DNA from: Kiritimatiellia bacterium
GTDB lineage: Bacteria; Verrucomicrobiota; Kiritimatiellia; RFP12; UBA1067
DNA length: 56,722 nt
Direction: 5' to 3'
NCBI GenBank assembly: GCA_045598785.1
Contig: JAZLMR010000068.1
Coordinates: 1 to 56,722, forward strand
Positions within the stretch are counted from its first letter, which is position 1, and every line of letters begins with the position of its first letter. Made by a program: the position numbers and the translations under genes. Of this stretch, positions 24,125-31,400 are shown in pieces. The notes under the pieces were generated by a model. That model worked only from the letters and a program-made list of their open reading frames with translations. It made no database searches and was not told the DNA's origin.

Positions 24125-24942
24125 TCGTCGACGTCCATTCTCATGACTTCGCCCGTTCGATTGCCGTGCGGGCGATGTCGGGAATGTGTCGAATGACCGA
24201 GGGCGTGCTGTGGTCGACTGGCGACGGCACGCTCGCCAATCATCTGGATCAGATCGAACGCGCCGGCGTTGACTGCGCCGTCACCTGCCCGATCGCCACC
24301 AAACCCGGGCACTGGCGAATCATCTTCGACCGGGCCCGCCGCATCCTTCGCGGCGAATGCGGCGACCGGGCCCGTGCGCGGATCGTGCCGTTCGCCTCGG
24401 TGCATCCGGACGATCCCGAACTGGAGGCGCACCTCCGGGTCATTGCCGAGGGCGGCATCCGCGGGGTCAAGTTCCATCCGTATTATCAGGACTTCGCCTT
24501 GACGGAAGCGCGTTCGCGGCGGATGTTCGACATCGTTGCCGATCTCGGGCTGGTGGTGCAGTGCCATGCCGGCGGCGACATCTGCTGGCGGGAGTCGACC
24601 GGGCGTTGCGGTCCGCGGGAGATTGAGTCGTTGGTCAAGCGATGCCGGCGGCTTAAGTTCATCGCCGCGCATTTGGGCGGGTGCTTCCGGCAGCCGGCGC
24701 ACGAAGCCGACCGGCTGATGGACTGCGGTGTCTACACGGACACGTCGGTTCTGCATGCGCGGTGGCACTACGACGAGGAGATGCGGCTCTTGAGGTCCTG
24801 GCCGCGGGAATTGATCATGTTCGGCACCGATTTTCCCTGGACGCATTATCCCGAGGCGATTCGCTGGGTCAAGTCCGTGCGCGAGCAGCGGGATTGGGAG
24901 GATCTGTTCGGAGGCAATGCATGTCGGTTGCTGGGCCTTTGA
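24121..24942 (+). CDS. Metal-dependent amidohydrolase (amidohydrolase_2/TIM-barrel hydrolase family)
   Basis: N-terminal IVDVHSHD metal-binding motif, FHPYYQDF, AAHLGG. The GTG start overlaps the htpG stop codon. Confidence 0.65.
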   Translation: MIVDVHSHDFARSIAVRAMSGMCRMTEGVLWSTGDGTLANHLDQIERAGVDCAVTCPIATKPGHWRIIFDRARRILRGECGDRARARIVPFASVHPDDPELEAHLRVIAEGGIRGVKFHPYYQDFALTEARSRRMFDIVADLGLVVQCHAGGDICWRESTGRCGPREIESLVKRCRRLKFIAAHLGGCFRQPAHEADRLMDCGVYTDTSVLHARWHYDEEMRLLRSWPRELIMFGTDFPWTHYPEAIRWVKSVREQRDWEDLFGGNACRLLGL

Positions 24943-26054
24943 CCAAGGACGCGATTCGCGATCGAATGCGCACATTGCGGCGGGCGGTGAAGCCGGCTCG
25001 GCGCGAGCTGGTGTCGCGGCAATTGTGCGAGCGGCTGTTGCTGAAGACTCTTGGCGCGAAACGGGTGTGCTGCTATCGCGCGCTTAAGACCGAAATCGAC
25101 TTGGCGGAATTCATCGCCCGCTCGCCGGCGGAAATCGTCTTTCCCGAAAAGGTCGGCGATGGCTATCAGGTCGAAAGCCCGGAGACGGTCGACGTCTGGA
25201 TCTGCCCGGGGCTGGCGTTCACTCGTGCCGGCGATCGCGTGGGGTTTGGCGGTGGCTGGTACGACCGCTTTCTGGCGGCGGCTAAGCCGACTGCCCGCAA
25301 GTTGGGCGTTGCGTATCGCTTTCAGCTCGTGGACGAGTTGCCGTGCGCGGCGCACGACATACGGCTGGACGAGATGGTCGTGGAAGGGGTTTCGCTGGAC
25401 TATGAGCGCGGTGAGGGGCCGCTGGTGATGGGCATTGACGAGGCGGGGCGCGGTCCGCTCGTCGGCGGCGTTTATGCGGCGGCGGTATCGGTGCCGCTTG
25501 ATCGCGCCGCCGAACTGGCCGCGAACGAATGGCGGGCGATCAACGATTCTAAGCAGCTGTCGGAGAAGAAGCGCTTTCAGCTCGCGGAAGTCATCAAAGC
25601 TACGGCCGGATGCACTTGGGCGATCGCTTCGGCGAGCCCGCAGGAAATTGACGCGCTCAACATCCTCAAGGCGACGCATTTGGCGATGCGACGGGCGGCG
25701 GAGTCGCTGGCGGGCCAGTTGGCGGCGGGGACTGTCCCCATGGCGGCGGGGACTGTCCCCAAGATTCTAGTGGATGGGCTGGCGGTGCCGACTTTGCCGT
25801 ATCCGGCGAAAAATGTGATCAAGGGCGATGCGCAGTCGCTGTTCATCGCGGCCGCGTCCATCTTGGCGAAAACGGCCCGTGACGAAGATTGCTTTCGTTT
25901 GGAACGCGAATATCCGGGTTATGGCTTTGCCAAGCATAAGGGCTATCCGACGCCCGAGCATCTGGCCGCCTTGGCCAAATTGGGGCCTTGTCCCGAGCAT
26001 CGGCGGAGTTTTGGCCCGGTAAGTCAGCCGGAATTCAAATGGACAGGAGCCTAG
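24921..26054 (+). CDS. rnhB: Fusion protein: 5-formyltetrahydrofolate cyclo-ligase (N-terminal ~165 aa) + ribonuclease HII
   Basis: 5-FCL motif GLAFTRAGDRVGFGGGWYDRFL. The same frame then continues into MGIDEAGRGPLVGGV, DSKQLS, KGDA...AAASILAK and HRRSFGPV of RNase HII. There is no stop codon between the modules. Confidence 0.8.
   Translation: MSVAGPLTKDAIRDRMRTLRRAVKPARRELVSRQLCERLLLKTLGAKRVCCYRALKTEIDLAEFIARSPAEIVFPEKVGDGYQVESPETVDVWICPGLAFTRAGDRVGFGGGWYDRFLAAAKPTARKLGVAYRFQLVDELPCAAHDIRLDEMVVEGVSLDYERGEGPLVMGIDEAGRGPLVGGVYAAAVSVPLDRAAELAANEWRAINDSKQLSEKKRFQLAEVIKATAGCTWAIASASPQEIDALNILKATHLAMRRAAESLAGQLAAGTVPMAAGTVPKILVDGLAVPTLPYPAKNVIKGDAQSLFIAAASILAKTARDEDCFRLEREYPGYGFAKHKGYPTPEHLAALAKLGPCPEHRRSFGPVSQPEFKWTGA
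25720..25761 (+). repeat. Perfect 21-bp tandem duplication (TGGCGGCGGGGACTGTCCCCA x2) containing two palindromic cores, inside rnhB
   Basis: Read directly. It encodes AAGTVPM AAGTVPK in a loop that is about 12-14 aa shorter in E. coli RNase HII (between the ...AVAGL helix and the VLIDG strand). Confidence 0.95.
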
Positions 26055-26060
26055 ACGGAG

Positions 26061-26786
26061 ATGGCCATAAACTGTCAAGTCATGGGAATTGTCAATGTCA
26101 CGCCAGATTCTTTTTCGGATGGCGGCAAGTATTTCCGGCCGGAAGAGGCGGTGCGGCGGGCCCATAACCTGGCGAAAGCGGGGGCGGATATCATCGACTT
26201 GGGCGCGGAATCAACGCGGCCAGGGGCCACTCCGATCACTTGGGAGGAGGAGTGGGCGCGGCTGGAGCCGGTTTTGCGGGGACTGTCCCCATCGGTTTTG
26301 CGGGGACTGTCCCCAAGGTTGAGCGTTGACACCTACCATCCCGAAACGGCCGAGCGCGCCTTGGCGATGGGCGTCAAGATGATCAATTGCGTTTATGCGG
26401 AGTCAGTTCCGCAAATTGCGGAATTGTGCGGAAAATTTAAGGTAGACGCCGTTTTTCCTTCAACTTACGCGGATTTTGCGGGGACTGTCCCCACGATTTA
26501 CTTAGATCCGATGATTGGCTTTGGCACCACTCGCGAGGAGGATTTGGCGCGGCTTAAGTCAATTCCTGAGCTTGCCAAGCGAGGTCCGGTATTGGTAGGT
26601 GCGAGTCGCAAGCGTATCGTGCAGAAGCTTTCGGGAGTCAAGGCGACGGGCAAACTGCTGGGCGGCAATCTTGCGCTGGTCGTTTGGGCCGCCTTGCACG
26701 GAGCATCCATCGTTCGGGTTCACGATGTCGCCGAGACCGTCCAGGCGCTGAAAGTGGCATCGGTCTTGGAATCGGAGGGCGCTTAA
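26061..26786 (+). CDS. folP: Dihydropteroate synthase (short form, 241 aa)
   Basis: GIVNVTPDSFSDGG, DLGAESTRPG, SVDT, DPMIGFG, GASRKR, VRVHD. It carries three copies of the palindromic element. Confidence 0.85.
   Translation: MAINCQVMGIVNVTPDSFSDGGKYFRPEEAVRRAHNLAKAGADIIDLGAESTRPGATPITWEEEWARLEPVLRGLSPSVLRGLSPRLSVDTYHPETAERALAMGVKMINCVYAESVPQIAELCGKFKVDAVFPSTYADFAGTVPTIYLDPMIGFGTTREEDLARLKSIPELAKRGPVLVGASRKRIVQKLSGVKATGKLLGGNLALVVWAALHGASIVRVHDVAETVQALKVASVLESEGA
26271..26318 (+). repeat. 24-bp tandem duplication (GTTTTGCGGGGACTGTCCCCAWSG x2) with two palindromic cores, inside folP
   Basis: 22/24 nt are identical between the units. It encodes VLRGLSPS VLRGLSPR just upstream of the conserved SVDT strand. 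Confidence 0.95.
26474..26493 (+). repeat. Fifth in-frame copy, TTTTGCGGGGACTGTCCCCA, inside folP, read in a different frame
   Basis: It encodes FAGTVPT. The reading frame relative to the element is the same as in rnhB but differs from the two upstream folP copies (RGLSP). Confidence 0.95.
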
Positions 26787-27254
26787 ATGGACTTTGTGGC
26801 GTTAGACTTTGAAACTACTGGCTATGAGCTCGGCGGCGTCAACGAGCCGTGGCAGCTGGGTCTCGCCGTCGTACGCGATGACCGGATCGTCGAAACGCGC
26901 GAATGGTTCTTTACGACTTCGGTGCCGATGCCGGGGCTCAAGGCGGCGGTGCCGTTTATGACGCAGTGGGAGGAGTTTTTCCCGTATTTGGCCGGTCAGC
27001 GTCTCGTGGCGCATAATCTTGCCTGCGAGAAGACGATTCTTACGCGAGTGGCGCCGCTTACCCGGTGGGGGCCATGGGTGGACACCCTGAAACTGGCCAA
27101 GGCGCGCTACCCGAGGCTGCCCAGTTACAAGTTAGGGGATCTTTGCGAGACTTTCGGCTGCGTCCCGCAGTTAGACGGGCGCACCTGGCATGATGCGCTT
27201 TATGATGCCGTCGCCTGTGCCGAACTGGCGATGCGGCTTTCAATTGGACTATGA
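26787..27254 (+). CDS. DEDDh 3'-5' exonuclease domain protein (DnaQ/epsilon-like)
   Basis: ALDFETTG (ExoI), AHNLACEK (ExoII-like), HDALYDAVACAEL (ExoIII, H-x4-D). Confidence 0.7.
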   Translation: MDFVALDFETTGYELGGVNEPWQLGLAVVRDDRIVETREWFFTTSVPMPGLKAAVPFMTQWEEFFPYLAGQRLVAHNLACEKTILTRVAPLTRWGPWVDTLKLAKARYPRLPSYKLGDLCETFGCVPQLDGRTWHDALYDAVACAELAMRLSIGL

Positions 27255-28348
27255 AGCGTCAACTGGAATTGTTTTGGGAGCTCTTTAAGATTTCGCTGCT
27301 GGTAATCGGCGGCGGCTATGCGATCATCGCGGCGGCGGAGGCGACCTTTTCCCGCAAGGGCTGGACGGAGGACGGCGAGCTCGTCGAACGGCTGCCGGTT
27401 TTTCAGATGATTCCCGGTTTGATTGCCGCGCATACCGCCGTCTATGTCGGCAACAAGGTCGCGGGTTTTCGGGGCGCCGTCATTGGGCTTACGGCCATCG
27501 CCTTGCCGTCGGTGGTCATCTTTACGCTGGTGTCCGTTTTCTACCGGCAGCTGCCGCTGATCAACGAATGGGTGACAGCCGCGTTTGTCGGCTTGCGTGC
27601 CTCGATGACCGGCATCATTGCCGCCACGATCGTCCGCAGCTGGCAGAAAGCCGAGAAGGACTGCTTCTTTTTCGGTTTGCTGACGGTGGGCCTGGCGGCC
27701 GTTGGCGTTTTCGAAGTGTCGATTCCGCTCGTGTTGGCAGGATGCATGGGCCTGGGGCTCATGCGGGAATTTGGCGGCGGTCGCGATCAGGCCGGGACGC
27801 GGCGATTTAATGCCAGCTGGTTGCCGCTGGTGCTCTTTCTCAAGTACGGGGCGTTGGGCTTTGGCGGCGGCTTCGTGCTGGTGCCGATGTATTTGCAGGA
27901 TTTCGTCGGGCCGACGGCGGCCTATTTGCAGCTGGAGGAGACGGAGTTTGCCAATGTGATGGCGCTTTCGCAGATGACGCCGGGGCCGGTCGGCATCAAT
28001 TGCGCGACTTTTTTCGGCTATAATCTGGCTGGCTGTCCAGGGGCGCTCGTGGCTTCGCTCGCGCTTTTGCTGCCGGGGGCGGTGCTGGCGATGCTGGCGT
28101 TTCGTTCGCTGGCGCGATTCCAAGACAGTCGGGTGGTGAAAGGCCTCTTCGCCGGCATCCGTCCCGCCTCGATTGCGCTGATGTCGGTGGCGCTGGTGGC
28201 CTTCGCCCGTTGCTCGTTTTCCGAATGGCTGGCCTGGCCGCTGGCGGTCGCGACCGGCTATTTGGCCTATTCGCGGCGGCTCGGGGTGGTGACGATAATC
28301 CTCTTGTCGGCGCTGGTGGCGGTGCTCGGCCACCTCGTTTTTCCTTGA
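27251..28348 (+). CDS. chrA: Chromate transporter family protein (duplicated CHR domains)
   Basis: Two CHR halves: LLVIGGGYAII... and LKYGALGFGGGFVLVPM...QMTPGPVGIN. Polytopic hydrophobic profile. Confidence 0.8.
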   Translation: MKRQLELFWELFKISLLVIGGGYAIIAAAEATFSRKGWTEDGELVERLPVFQMIPGLIAAHTAVYVGNKVAGFRGAVIGLTAIALPSVVIFTLVSVFYRQLPLINEWVTAAFVGLRASMTGIIAATIVRSWQKAEKDCFFFGLLTVGLAAVGVFEVSIPLVLAGCMGLGLMREFGGGRDQAGTRRFNASWLPLVLFLKYGALGFGGGFVLVPMYLQDFVGPTAAYLQLEETEFANVMALSQMTPGPVGINCATFFGYNLAGCPGALVASLALLLPGAVLAMLAFRSLARFQDSRVVKGLFAGIRPASIALMSVALVAFARCSFSEWLAWPLAVATGYLAYSRRLGVVTIILLSALVAVLGHLVFP

Positions 28349-28385
28349 ATGTCCCGAGCGTCATCGCCTATGTCTACGCCGGTTT

Positions 28386-28394
28386 TGATATAAT
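28386..28394 (+). promoter_or_regulatory. Extended -10 promoter element TGATATAAT for the giant gene
   Basis: TGnTATAAT, then the SD sequence AAGGAG (28403-28408) and ATG 28417. Confidence 0.6.
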
Positions 28395-28416
28395 GTGACG
28401 ACAAGGAGAAGTTGAG

Positions 28417-31400
28417 ATGAAGCAACTGATGACGGCAGTGGCGGGTATGGTGTTGGCGCTTGGTGCCTTTTCGGCGTTTGCCGGGGAGCCTGGTCCGCGT
28501 CTTGTGCCGGACTACGACCGCAACGGGGTGATCGACGAGGCCGATTGTATACGGGCTGCCGCGAACGAGCCGTTCACCATCTGGCTCAATGACGACGATG
28601 ATGCCGCAGGCGCGGAAGTGGACGAAGGCAAGGGAGATGTCAACACCGACCTGCATGACGTTCCCGGAGGGAATGATGAGAAGGACTGCGAGGACGACAA
28701 GGTCAACGGACGCTGCGACCTCCTTGATTTCTTCCCCGTGCTCGTGGATGTGACTGGTGTGGACGATTGGGCGAATTACACCTGGAAGCTGAGTTCGGAG
28801 TCCGTTAACGTCGTATTCACCAGGTTGAATCCGAATTTTGCGGGCGACTTTCACACGAAGACCGTTCAGGGCTGGGATGTCGAGTCGCCGCTTTATCAGG
28901 CAGCGGTCTCGAAGCTTGCGAATGGTGATGTCGTACTGCCAGATGGTTTTTTCACATGCGAGAACCACTATGGCAGGGGAGTTCTTTTGGTCGAAGGCGC
29001 CGCGTTTGCGAACGCCGGCGGCATCACGCTTCGCGGCGAGAAGGAGTCCGGCGACCACGTCGAGGTGACGCTGGACCTTCGTGTCAAGAATGTGGAGGAC
29101 ATGTACGGGTGGATGAATTTGAGGGATCAGGGATCAGAAGGGGATCGGTTAGCGCCACGACGCGAGGACGCGTCGGGTACGATGTTGGACAACCGGCACT
29201 TTGTGCTTGTTCACGGTTACAACACGAACCACGAGGAGGCGAGGGGCAACGCCGCGGAGTTCTACAAGAAACTCTGGCAGTCCGGCTCGGACGCGATGTT
29301 CACCGCGGTCGAGTGGAACGGCAACCAGTCGCAGATTAAGTTCGATGAACTTGGCGTCAACTTCACGCCGAACTACTTTGTGAACGTCGCGAACGCCTTG
29401 GCGGCGGCGAAGCCGTTCGCGGAAGCGTGCAAACGGCTGTCGGGCGAGAAGATCCTCGTCGGGCACTCCCTCGGCAACGTGCTGATTTCGTCCGCCATCA
29501 AGGATCATGGCCTCGACTACACGAAGTTCGTAATGCTCAACGCGGAGATCGCTGGGAAGGATTTTGCTGCGGACGGGCGCTTCGCCAAGCTGCCGCGGAC
29601 GATCAACTGCTATTCGCCCTCCGATTCGTTTTTGGAGGAATCCGAATTTGATGTCGAGCATTGCGACGACAGCCGTGAGTTTCTCGCCGCTTTTTGTCAA
29701 GAAGCCGGATTTTGGTCGCTGAACGCGAAGATCAAGACGAGCGGGAAGGCGGTGGGCTGGGTCAATGAGTTCATCATCAACCGCCTTGAGCTGGCCGAGG
29801 CAGAAGCGATTACGCCCGAACAACTCGCGTACGCCGGCGTGATCGAGATGCCCGCTGCGGGCGCGAATCCGGTCGCGACGCTGGAGAACGTGAATATGGA
29901 GGACTTCATTGGCGAGAATTGGCCGGTTGTCGAGGAGGGAACGGGGAATGGAGAACAGGGAATAGCGGATCGGGAGAAGGAGTGGCAGCACTCGACTTTT
30001 AGGGAGGTCGCGTTCTACCACACCTCGAAGTTTTACGCTTCGCTGGCCGCGGTCGGCAAGCCGCGCGTCATCATCGACACGGACCTCGGCTCAAGCATAG
30101 ACGACCTCTTCACGATTGATCTTGCGGCGCGGATGCACAAGGCGGGCAAGCTCGACCTGATGGCGGTGATGATGGACCGTCCTGACGGGAGCAATGCATC
30201 CGACGATCCGCACGGGAGGGGCGAGTTCCTGAAGTTCGCCGACCGCTACCTCGCTTCGCTTGGACTTGGAGACCTGCCGATCGGGGTGTCGACGCCACTG
30301 ACAGAAGATCGCCTGCCACAGCATGTGTTCAATCCCTATTGGACGCTCATCTACTCGAACAACCTGACGAGTGTCGGTCTGATGCTGCCGACGAATCGCA
30401 CGGACGAGCAGATTGGCGCCCTTACGAACGCGGTCGTTCTCTACCGGCGGCTCCTCGAGGACGCGCAGCCTAAGTCGGTCGTCATCTGCTCGCTCGGCTT
30501 CCTCAACAACCTGAAGGCGTTGATGGAGTCGGGCCTGAATTACGGGGACGATGGCATTCAGTCCACGGGCAAGGAACTCATCGCGGCGAAGGTGAAGGAG
30601 TTGCGCATCATGGCCGGATGCTTCGATCCGTCCACCGCGCCGGACGGCAAGGATGGCGCCGAATATAACGCGGCAGGTGATCCTGCGGGAACGAAGAAGG
30701 TCTTCGAGGAATGGCCGACGCCGGTTGTCGTCAGCACATGGGAGGTGGGACTGAATCTGTGGTACGATCCGAAGGACGTCCTGGCAGACTTCCCGCCCGG
30801 CACGCTAGATCCGGTTGTTCGCGCCGTCTACACGTATTGGCCTGATCGGGCGGCGGACGGCATCAACCGTCTCTGGGACGTGATGACGGTGCTGCCGCTT
30901 TTTGAGGGCGAGGCGCTGGCGCCGTTGTCGGAGATGGGCGGAATTTCGGTGGATGAGAAGGGCGTGACGACATTCACGCCCGATCCGTCCAGCAACCGCT
31001 GCTACCAGGTCGCGTCGAGCATGGACGCGACGGCGGTGATGGAGCGGATTCGGACGCTCTGCCGGACGGGCAATCCGTCGGCAGACACGGTGGTGTACGG
31101 GACGATCCGCACCGCCGAGACGGGGAATCCGGTCGCCGAGGCCATCGCCGTCAAGGACGGCAGGTACGTCTACGTCGGCGACGAGGCCGGTGCGGCGGCG
31201 TTCATTGAGGACGGCGTCACCAAGGTCGTCGACCACCGCGGCAAGGGTATGGTGATGCCCGGTTGCACCGACGGACATTCGCACTACACGATGCTTTTCG
31301 GTCTCGTCCACATGAAGGGTGGCGTCAAGTTCGAGTACACAGACGACAAGGCGATGGTCCTGCAAAAACTGAAGGCGGCTTCGCAGGCGGCGAAAGATGC

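Noticed and set aside
25426-26054. rnhB as a separate gene with its own start (GTG/ATG at about 25426-25431) rather than a fusion.
   Set aside because: The upstream 5-FCL frame is the same frame and has no stop codon, so translation from 24921 necessarily reads through. An additional internal start cannot be excluded, but there is no SD sequence in front of it.
25720-26318. CRISPR-like array, suggested by short, GC-rich, palindromic direct repeats.
   Set aside because: The repeats are directly abutting tandem pairs with no spacers. They lie inside conserved coding frames, number only five, and no cas genes are present.
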